NCBI GenBank assembly: GCA_965208125.1
Contig: OZ242320.1
Span: forward strand, 1 to 64,000
Direction: 5' to 3'
DNA length: 64,000 bases
Source of the DNA: Candidatus Latescibacterota bacterium
GTDB taxonomy: Bacteria; Latescibacterota; UBA2968
Shown here piece after piece: positions 56,362 to 64,000 of the stretch. Position numbers and translations under genes: made by a program. Numbering within the stretch: the first letter of the stretch is position 1; each line of letters begins with the position of its first letter. The notes beneath the pieces were generated by a model. That model worked only from the letters and a program-made list of their open reading frames with translations, did not search any database and was not told where the DNA came from.

Positions 56362-57453
56362 GTGAATAACACAGCTACCCCTCAGGACGTCGGTCTGTCT
56401 GCCGATCAACTCGAACGAGCCTTTGGCCTGCTCACAGCCGCTACAGAAGCCGGGCAAATTGGTGCGGCCTCGCTGACAGTTGCGCGGCACGGCAAGGAAG
56501 TCTTCGCCCGGGGATGTGGGCAACAGCACCCTCGCACAGGCCAGCCAATCGATGCGGACTCGATATTTCTCCTCGCCTCAATCACCAAGCCGGTCACGGC
56601 CTGCGCGCTGATGATCCTCGTAGATCGGGGTCTGATCTCACTCAACGACCCGGCCATCGATTATCTACCCGAATACACCGGCGGCGACCGTCCCGCCGTC
56701 AAAGTGCGCCACTTGCTCTCGCACATATCCGGCATGCCCGACATGCTGCCCGAAAATACCAGCTTGCGACAGGCGCATACACCCGTAGCTGGCTTCGTCG
56801 AGCGTGCACTTCAAACACCTCTACTCTACAAGCCAGGGACCGATTTTTGCTACCAGAGCATGGGCATCCTGCTCGCAGCCGAAATTGTCGAACGGGTCAG
56901 TGGACAGCGATTGCGCGACTTCGAGCGTGAGGAAATTTTCGCGCCACTGGGAATGGCCCGAAGCGCATTGGGGATGGGCGATTGGACACTTGAAGATGTG
57001 GTGTGGTGCGGAACGGACGCCGAAGAGGACGAAGAACAACAGAGCTGGGGATGGAATTCCCCGTATTGGCGCGACTTTGGGGCACCGTGGGGCGGCATGC
57101 ACAGCACCGGACGCGATCTGGCGATCCTCTTGCAAACCATGCTCAACGGCGGCACTTATGGCGATCGGCGCATCTTCAGCCGCGCCGCAGTCGCGACAAT
57201 GACACGCGATCAAAACGGGGCTCTCAATGCGCCCTGGGGAATCGGTTGGGGCGTATCCGGAGCGCGGGTGTGGGGCTTTTGGGGCGACCTGGTATCGCAG
57301 CGAACCTTCGGACACACCGGAGCGACCGGCACAGTAGCCTGGGCAGACGCCGAACGTCAACTCAGTTGCGTCGTGCTCACCAATCAGATGGTCGCCGAAG
57401 GAAGCCTTCTGCGACGGGTTTCCAATGCAGTCGCAGCAGCAGTAGAAGAATAG
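56362..57453 (+). CDS. Serine hydrolase (beta-lactamase class C-like)
   Basis: ASITK (SxxK), LLSHISG, YQS, GHTGATG. Confidence 0.9.
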   Translation: MNNTATPQDVGLSADQLERAFGLLTAATEAGQIGAASLTVARHGKEVFARGCGQQHPRTGQPIDADSIFLLASITKPVTACALMILVDRGLISLNDPAIDYLPEYTGGDRPAVKVRHLLSHISGMPDMLPENTSLRQAHTPVAGFVERALQTPLLYKPGTDFCYQSMGILLAAEIVERVSGQRLRDFEREEIFAPLGMARSALGMGDWTLEDVVWCGTDAEEDEEQQSWGWNSPYWRDFGAPWGGMHSTGRDLAILLQTMLNGGTYGDRRIFSRAAVATMTRDQNGALNAPWGIGWGVSGARVWGFWGDLVSQRTFGHTGATGTVAWADAERQLSCVVLTNQMVAEGSLLRRVSNAVAAAVEE

Positions 57454-57479
57454 TTTCAGCCATACACTAAGGAGACATT

Positions 57480-59201
57480 ATGAATACCGCAGCAAAAACG
57501 CGACAGACCAGACGCGACCGCGAGCGCATTGCATGGTGGGAAGAAGCGCGATTTGGCATGTTCATTCACTGGGGCGTGTATGCGATTCCCGCGGGCAACT
57601 GGAAAGGCAAAGCCATTGAAGGCATTGGAGAATGGATTATGCGTCGAGCAGAAATTCCCGCCGCGGAATACGAACAACTCGCCTCACAATTTAATCCAAT
57701 AAAATTCGACGCCGATGCGGTTGCCAAACTCGCGCGGGATGCAGGTATGAAATACCTCGTTATCACCGCCAAACACCACGACGGCTTTGCCATGTATGAC
57801 TCCCCGTGCAGCGACTACGACATCGTCGATGCCACGCCTTATGGCAAAGATATTATGGCAGACCTATCCAAAGCCTGCCAAAAATACGGCATTCGCCTCT
57901 GCTTCTACTATTCTCAAGATCAGGACTGGCACGACCCCAACGCCTCTGGAAATAACTGGGATTTTGATCCCGCGACCAAAGACTTCGCCTATTATCTCAA
58001 AAACAAAGCCAAACCCCAGGTGCGCGAATTGCTCACGCAATACGGGCCTATCGGCCTGATATGGTTCGACACCCCCGTCTCTATTTCCCTGGAACAGAGC
58101 CAATCGCTCTCCCGTCTCGTCCACGGCTTGCAACCCGACTGTCTCGTAAGCGGTCGCGTGGGCAATGGCGTGGGGGACTACGGCAGCCTGGGCGACAACC
58201 AGATCCCCACCGGTCGCCTCGAAGGCTACTGGGAAACACCCGCCACCCTCAACGATACCTGGGGCTATAAAACCGATGACCACAACTGGAAAAGCGTAAA
58301 AACACTGCTTCACCTTCTCGTTGAACTCACCAGCAAAGGCGTCAACTACCTGCTCAACATCGGACCGCGCGCCGACGGCAGCGTCCCAATGCCCAGTATC
58401 AATCGCCTTCGCGCCATTGGCGAATGGATGAAAACCAACGGCGAAGCGATCTACGGCACCAAAGCCACGCCATACCCCTATGAATTTCCCTGGGGTGGCA
58501 TCACGCAAAAAGGCAACCACCTCTACTTGCTCTTTACCACATGGCCCGGCGAGGATTTCACCCTCCTGGGCCTGCGCAACCATGTTACAAAAGCGACCTT
58601 ACTCGCCGACAAAAACGCGCACATCGATGTCTCTCAAACCCGCGACAGCGACTGCGATATCTTAACATTGCGCCTGCCCGAATGCCCCGATCCAAATGTC
58701 TCGGTCATCGCCCTCGAACTCGATGGCGCACCCGATGTCGATCAAACCGCTCTCCAGCAAACCGATGGCTCTATCACCATGATCGCCAGCATGGCGAACT
58801 TGCACACGCCCGAATCGGGAACGCAAATCCGCATTGGCGAAAGCGGCATTATCGAAGACTGGTTTGACACATCCAACTGGATCGATTGCTATTTCAAAGT
58901 ATTCAAACCCGGCACCTTTGAAGTCCGCGTTCACACCAGCGCGCTTCGCCGCGCCCGAGAATGGACAGGCGGCCACGAAGTGCGCGTTGACATTGCGGGC
59001 AACACATTCCGAAAAACCATCGCACCCGACGCCTGGAGCGACAGCCCCAAAGCGCAGTATTTCCCCGAAGCCGCGACCATTATCGGCCAGGTCCAACTCG
59101 ACGAACCCGGCCTTTACACCATCGAAGTCCGCGCAGAATCTATCAACGAAAAATCCCAGGCTGGATTGTCTATATCCGCTATTTCCTTGACGCGCCAATA
59201 G
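57480..59201 (+). CDS. Alpha-L-fucosidase (GH29) with C-terminal beta-sandwich
   Basis: ARFGMFIHWG, TAKHHDGF, IWFD, WET, TWGY, LLNIGP. Confidence 0.92.
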   Translation: MNTAAKTRQTRRDRERIAWWEEARFGMFIHWGVYAIPAGNWKGKAIEGIGEWIMRRAEIPAAEYEQLASQFNPIKFDADAVAKLARDAGMKYLVITAKHHDGFAMYDSPCSDYDIVDATPYGKDIMADLSKACQKYGIRLCFYYSQDQDWHDPNASGNNWDFDPATKDFAYYLKNKAKPQVRELLTQYGPIGLIWFDTPVSISLEQSQSLSRLVHGLQPDCLVSGRVGNGVGDYGSLGDNQIPTGRLEGYWETPATLNDTWGYKTDDHNWKSVKTLLHLLVELTSKGVNYLLNIGPRADGSVPMPSINRLRAIGEWMKTNGEAIYGTKATPYPYEFPWGGITQKGNHLYLLFTTWPGEDFTLLGLRNHVTKATLLADKNAHIDVSQTRDSDCDILTLRLPECPDPNVSVIALELDGAPDVDQTALQQTDGSITMIASMANLHTPESGTQIRIGESGIIEDWFDTSNWIDCYFKVFKPGTFEVRVHTSALRRAREWTGGHEVRVDIAGNTFRKTIAPDAWSDSPKAQYFPEAATIIGQVQLDEPGLYTIEVRAESINEKSQAGLSISAISLTRQ

Positions 59202-59218
59202 ACGAATAGGAGGAAACT

Positions 59219-60235
59219 ATGCCACTGGAAGTATGTGCCCTATCACCCGAAAAGATGGAATTGCGGGAATACGAGATACCAGAAGTTGGAAAAGGACAGA
59301 TGAAAGTACAGAGCCTGTACGCTGCTGCCAAGCACGGAACCGAATTATCGGGCATAAAAGGTGACAGCGCAAAACGCGGACCTTATGATCCGGAACTCCA
59401 GGTATTCCCAAACACGGGCAAAGGACGGTCGTCCCGGACTGGCAATATGTTTATAGGCACTGTAATTGGCGAAGGCGTGGATGGGTTCGCAGAAGGCGAC
59501 GTGGTACTGAGCTACGGGCCATTTCGAGAAGTTCATGTCATCTCGACAGAACGGTGCTGGAAAGTACCAGAGGGGTTTTCGTGGAAGTCTGCGGTCTGTT
59601 TGGACCCGGCGGATTTTGCCATGTGTGCGATCAGGGATGGACAGGTGAGAGTCGGAGACGCAGTAGCCGTATTTGGGATGGGAGCCATCGGACTGATGGT
59701 CGTACAAATCGCCAAACTATCCGGGGCATACCCAATCATCGCGGTCGATCCATTGGAAAACCGCCAAAAAGTGGCTCAAATCTGCGGCGCCGACCTGATC
59801 CTCGACCCCACAACCTGTGATGCAGGCGTAGAAATCAAAAAAGCAACCGAAAACCGGGGGGTAGATGTAGCGATTGACTACAGCGCCAATGTACACGCCC
59901 TGCAAGCAGCCATACGCGGCGTGGCATTTGGCGGCAATGTAGTGGCTGGCGCTGCGCCAGCACCCTATGGTCCCGGGCTGGATCTTGGCGCAGAAGCGCA
60001 TTACAACCGCCCCAATCTCATCTTTTCGCGGTCCTGCAGCGACCCCAACCGGGAATATCCCCGATGGGACGAAAAACGCGTTTACGCCACCTGCTGGCGA
60101 CTGCTCACCGAGGGAAAACTGACGGGCGAATCCATTGTAACGCCCGTAGTAGCTTTTGAAGACCTGGTCGCAGAATATCCAAAAATCACCAGCAACCCCG
60201 AGCAAAATATCAAATTGGGGGCTTATTTTAAATAG
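59219..60235 (+). CDS. MDR-family (zinc-binding-type) dehydrogenase
   Basis: KHGTE; Rossmann motif VAVFGMGAIG, AVDP. Confidence 0.85.
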   Translation: MPLEVCALSPEKMELREYEIPEVGKGQMKVQSLYAAAKHGTELSGIKGDSAKRGPYDPELQVFPNTGKGRSSRTGNMFIGTVIGEGVDGFAEGDVVLSYGPFREVHVISTERCWKVPEGFSWKSAVCLDPADFAMCAIRDGQVRVGDAVAVFGMGAIGLMVVQIAKLSGAYPIIAVDPLENRQKVAQICGADLILDPTTCDAGVEIKKATENRGVDVAIDYSANVHALQAAIRGVAFGGNVVAGAAPAPYGPGLDLGAEAHYNRPNLIFSRSCSDPNREYPRWDEKRVYATCWRLLTEGKLTGESIVTPVVAFEDLVAEYPKITSNPEQNIKLGAYFK

Positions 60236-60330
60236 CTCCCAGGCTTTTTTTGCCATCTCATAAGCGGACTTAGAGCAGATATGCTATGCGCTGTTCGAGG
60301 ATTTTGACCAGCCAAGATAGAACCCAATAC

Positions 60331-60361
60331 AAAACAGCCACCCGTGATAGGTGGCTGTTTT
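60331..60361. terminator. Bidirectional terminator
   Basis: AAAACAGCCACC...GGTGGCTGTTTT between convergent units. Confidence 0.8.
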
Positions 60362-60524
60362 CTTTATACGTATTTGTGAATTGAACCACTATTCGCCAAC
60401 AGGCCCTGTCGCCCACTGTCCGCGTCTCGTTCTCTGGAATAGCGAAGGTTGTATGCCTTTACCCAAGGCATACTTACCTCGGATCAGCTAAGTATTAAAG
60501 CCGGTATTCTCATCCGCCATTGGA

Positions 60525-60755
60525 TCAATTTCCGAGCAGACCAATGAATGTCTCCCTATCAATTTCGACATCTTTTCTAATTTTGGACATAAGGCCAACG
60601 CCGATTGTTTCACCGCGATGAATAGGCACGACCGTGCCTCGCCCATCTGGGTGCTTCATAATCACATGGCTCCCCCGTTGTGTCACAACCTCGAAACCGA
60701 CTTTCCTCAGAGATCGGACTACATGGGCACCTGTTACCCTTGGCATTCTGGTCAT
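60525..60755 (-). CDS. hicA: HicA family toxin
   Basis: LRKVGF...QRGSH...VVPIH. Confidence 0.92.
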   Translation of the reverse strand: MTRMPRVTGAHVVRSLRKVGFEVVTQRGSHVIMKHPDGRGTVVPIHRGETIGVGLMSKIRKDVEIDRETFIGLLGN

Positions 60756-60964
60756 ACGGATATTCTTTGAACGCCGACCAGTTCAAGTGGACTCTGAGCG
60801 TCTTCACCCTCAACCTCAAGCCAGAGTGCAATCGCCTCCTCCATCCGTTGAAGCAACTGGTCAATTGACTTGCCCTGAGTATGACAACCTGGAAGAGCAG
60901 GAACACTCCCGACGTAATACCCATCTTCATCCTTTTCTATTACAATAGTGTATTCAGTGCTCAT
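60752..60964 (-). CDS. hicB: HicB family antitoxin (short form)
   Basis: YTIVIEKDEDGYY...VPALPGCHTQG...EAIALWLE; ATGA overlap with hicA. Confidence 0.92.
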   Translation of the reverse strand: MSTEYTIVIEKDEDGYYVGSVPALPGCHTQGKSIDQLLQRMEEAIALWLEVEGEDAQSPLELVGVQRISV

Positions 60965-61045
60965 TGCATTCTCCCATATTCAGGACTCCTTCTCGCCTCT
61001 CGCCTTTCCTTCGTGCCCTTTTACATCCTTAGTGGATTTTCTCTC

Positions 61046-62944
61046 TCACCTATTCAACACCCGCACATCCCCTTGCCGAATGGTTATACCCTGGGTATCA
61101 AAATAATTCAACAGCGGCACGGCAAATTTGCGCGTGGTGCCAATCAGACTGCGAAAAGTCGATACATCGATCTCCCCATTTTCTTTTAAATAATCGACCA
61201 ATTGCCGCGTCACCTCTTCCATCACCTCCGGGTGAAAGAGCAACGTATCCTCCAGGCGCACCAGACCGCCCATAGCCTGCATCGCCGACACCACATCCCG
61301 CACAGATCTGGCATTGACCTGAATCGCATCGGGCAACGTCTTTAAGTCCTCAGGCGTTGTCCCCCCACCTTTTAATACGCGCGCAATCGCATCGCGAATT
61401 TCCTCTTGTTCGGGCGTCAATGCAATTTTGTAATCGCGCAACCCAATCAGCGCATGATCGCTTTTTAAGATACCTTCACGAATGAGATGTTCAACACCCT
61501 GTGCAAACAAATCGTCCGAAGGTGTACCCTTCACCAATGCGCGAAGCTCCTCGCGACGCGCACCTGGTCGGAGGGGATGCGCCTCGTGAAAAACCCGCAT
61601 CGCATCGACAATCCCGTCCAACAATTCCCGCCAGCACATCGCGTGAACATACATCGCTTTACCCGCCTGCACATAAGAAACCACATCACTCGAATTTACA
61701 AGCGCCATTAGCTGACTCTCAATCTCGCCCGCAGACACCGCCATCTCAGATGCGAGTTGTAGCGCGGTTCGCGGTTGCAACCGCGCGGCCTTTAAGCGCG
61801 TCAACAAAACTTGTGTGGGATCATCCTGCTCCAATTCCCGCAGTGCGTCATTGACATCGTCCCGAAAACGCCGATGCTTCACGGGTTGCGGATCCAGCAC
61901 CACACCACCGCCCAGCGTTTGCACCGGTGAATACCGCCTGATCACAAACCGATCTCCCCGCGCGGCAACGCCCGGTTCCTCCAGGCGCAACTGCACCAGT
62001 TGCGACTCACCCGGCAACAAAGTCTCACCCTCAAGCAACACCACGCGGGCCAACACCTCTCGCGGCCCCATAAGCAAATGAACGCGCGTGCGATTTGTCA
62101 CATGTGCGGGTGCATCGGGTAGCATGTGCAAACGTGCATCAATCATATACGTCGTCTCAAAATACCCCGGTTGCGCCAGAAGATCGCCCCGCGACACCTC
62201 ATCAACTTCGACCCCGCTTATATTAATAGCCGCACGCGCCCCCACCTGTGCCACATCCACATCCCGCCCATGCGTTTGCACGCCACGCACCCGCACACTT
62301 TTGCCCGACGGCAACAGCGACAATGCGTCTCGCACGCGCACATCCCCTGAAATCACAGTACCCGTCACCACAGTTCCAAATCCCTGCACGGAAAAAGCGC
62401 GATCAACGGGCAACCGAAAAATACCCTGATCTGGCCGCGCTTCAACCCTTGCGACCCCCGTCTCAACCGCTGTGCGCAACGCATCAATCCCCTCACCCGT
62501 GATCGACGATACGGGCACAATCGGTGCATCCTCCAAAAATGTATCTGCAAACACCTCCCGCAATTCCTCTTCCACCAACTCCAGCCACTCTTCTTCCACC
62601 AGATCGACTTTTGTCAACACCACAATGCCGCGGGGCACACCCAAAAGATTCAAAATACCCAGATGCTCACGCGTCTGCGGCATCACGCCATCGTCGGCAG
62701 CCACCACAAAAAGTGCCAGATCAACCGTGCACACACCCGTCACCATATTCTTGACAAACCGCTCGTGCCCGGGCACATCGATAATGGTCACATTGTCTTT
62801 CCAATACGCAAAACCAATATCAATAGTCACGCCACGGTCTCGCTCCTCGGGCAAGGTATCGGTCTCAATACCCGTCAATGCCTTGACCAGCGCCGTCTTG
62901 CCGTGATCAATATGCCCGGCCGTTCCAATAATCACATGCGCCAT
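61046..62944 (-). CDS. selB: Selenocysteine-specific elongation factor SelB
   Basis: GTAGHIDHGKT, DVPGHERF, MPQTREH; C-terminal winged helix TRKFAVPLLNYFD. Confidence 0.96.
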   Translation of the reverse strand: MAHVIIGTAGHIDHGKTALVKALTGIETDTLPEERDRGVTIDIGFAYWKDNVTIIDVPGHERFVKNMVTGVCTVDLALFVVAADDGVMPQTREHLGILNLLGVPRGIVVLTKVDLVEEEWLELVEEELREVFADTFLEDAPIVPVSSITGEGIDALRTAVETGVARVEARPDQGIFRLPVDRAFSVQGFGTVVTGTVISGDVRVRDALSLLPSGKSVRVRGVQTHGRDVDVAQVGARAAINISGVEVDEVSRGDLLAQPGYFETTYMIDARLHMLPDAPAHVTNRTRVHLLMGPREVLARVVLLEGETLLPGESQLVQLRLEEPGVAARGDRFVIRRYSPVQTLGGGVVLDPQPVKHRRFRDDVNDALRELEQDDPTQVLLTRLKAARLQPRTALQLASEMAVSAGEIESQLMALVNSSDVVSYVQAGKAMYVHAMCWRELLDGIVDAMRVFHEAHPLRPGARREELRALVKGTPSDDLFAQGVEHLIREGILKSDHALIGLRDYKIALTPEQEEIRDAIARVLKGGGTTPEDLKTLPDAIQVNARSVRDVVSAMQAMGGLVRLEDTLLFHPEVMEEVTRQLVDYLKENGEIDVSTFRSLIGTTRKFAVPLLNYFDTQGITIRQGDVRVLNR

Positions 62945-64000
62945 CAGCCCTGTACTCCTATTTTCATCGCATCGCCCACAATACTCACTTCGTCATCTCT
63001 TATCGTGCGCAAATCCAGAAATAACTGGTCATCGCGCACATAGCAAATAACGGGCGGATCATAGCAGCGCAACTTATTAGAAAGAGATAAAATATCGCCA
63101 CCAGCTATTGCGACCGCAATGCTCGGGATATTTTCCAAAGGTAACGCACCACTACCGGTTTGTGCCTGGGAATTGACCAGTTCGCACGTAAAACCCCCGA
63201 GTTCACCCATCATCCGCAACAACCGCCGACCACGTCTTTCAAGCATTTCCACAGACTCTGTCAACATGCCGAGTGTGGGATGTTCGCGCGCCAATGCCTC
63301 TGGATTCAAAAACAGCTTCAACGTCGCTTCCAGCGCAGCATACGTCAGCTTCCCACAACGCAACGCACGCATCAAGGGATTTTTGCGAATTTGTTCTACC
63401 ACATTTTGTTTGCCCACAATAATCCCACACTGCGGCCCACCGAGAACCTTGTCACCGCTAAACATCACCACATCTGCCCCGGCAGAAATACTGTCGGATA
63501 CCAGCGGCTCATAAGGCAATCCATAATCCCGCAAATTAACCAGCACACCACCGCCCAAATCGTGCGCTACAGGCACGCCGCGTTTTCGTCCCAACACCAC
63601 CATATCTTCCAGTGCAACTTCCGCGGTAAACCCCATCACCTTGTAATTGCTCGGATGCACCGCCAGCATCACCCCCGTATTTTCCGTCAAAGCATTTTCG
63701 TAATCGCTCAAATGAGTGCGATTGGTCGTACCCACCTCGACGAGTTGCGCCCCACTGCGCGCCATAATATCGGGAATGCGGAACGATCCCCCAATTTCGA
63801 CCAGTTGCCCGCGCGACACAATCGCCTCTTTGCCGCCGGCCAGTGTGTTTAACGTCAACAAAACAGCCGCTGCATTGTTATTTGCAATCGCAGCGGCTTC
63901 GGCACCGGTCAACTCACACAGCAATTTTTCCACAAGCGTCGTACGCGACCCGCGCTGTCCAGTCTCCAGGTCCAATTCCAGATTGCTATACGAACCAGCA
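62944..64000 (-). CDS. selA: L-seryl-tRNA(Sec) selenium transferase, 5'-truncated by the window edge
   Basis: YSNLE, NNNAAA, SRGQLVEIGGSFRIPD, EVGTTNRT, FSGDKVLGGPQ. Confidence 0.96.
   Translation of the reverse strand, partial: AGSYSNLELDLETGQRGSRTTLVEKLLCELTGAEAAAIANNNAAAVLLTLNTLAGGKEAIVSRGQLVEIGGSFRIPDIMARSGAQLVEVGTTNRTHLSDYENALTENTGVMLAVHPSNYKVMGFTAEVALEDMVVLGRKRGVPVAHDLGGGVLVNLRDYGLPYEPLVSDSISAGADVVMFSGDKVLGGPQCGIIVGKQNVVEQIRKNPLMRALRCGKLTYAALEATLKLFLNPEALAREHPTLGMLTESVEMLERRGRRLLRMMGELGGFTCELVNSQAQTGSGALPLENIPSIAVAIAGGDILSLSNKLRCYDPPVICYVRDDQLFLDLRTIRDDEVSIVGDAMKIGVQG

Noticed and set aside
60378-60455. Integron attC site next to hicBA
   Set aside because: The ends do not fit RYYYAAC/GTTRRRY and there is no integrase or cassette array.
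60965-61045. selC (tRNA-Sec) next to selB
   Set aside because: No cloverleaf or TCA anticodon arm was found.

Overview
64 kb of bacterial chromosome from a diderm organism. An FCB-group lineage such as Latescibacterota or Gemmatimonadota is my inference, based on the LysS insertion, the GWxTD protein, the DUF6785-like protein and the multiple PhyH and sulfatase paralogues. 1-19.4 kb is housekeeping: ftsK, lolA, prfB with its +1 frameshift, lysS, lolD, clpC, bamA, skp, fabZ, an ABC-F ATPase, pyrF, rnpB, rnhA, a zinc-ribbon protein and tRNA-Val(CAC). lolC/E and the lpx genes are absent from their usual positions. 19.5-60 kb is accessory and mostly catabolic: PhyH dioxygenases, an IlvD/Edd dehydratase, modBC, glycerate kinase, an RND pump, two sulfatases, a GH29 fucosidase and others. 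The window ends with hicBA, selB and a partial selA. No CRISPR array, transposase, integrase or prophage was seen. Two signals stand out. (1) A regulatory island at 24.1-26.6 kb has a long structured leader with chained mini-ORFs and two terminators, an ECF sigma factor, and a duplicated YgiT-type zinc-finger gene; copy 1 follows an ECF-type promoter and copy 2 follows a sigma-54/UAS/IHF-type promoter. (2) A perfect GAAC-N4-GTTC LexA-like box lies inside the promoter of an alternative RpoD-family sigma factor, and a degenerate box lies on the promoter of a two-gene operon encoding a single-strand-annealing-like protein. All family calls come from motif recognition by eye; no database searches were run.
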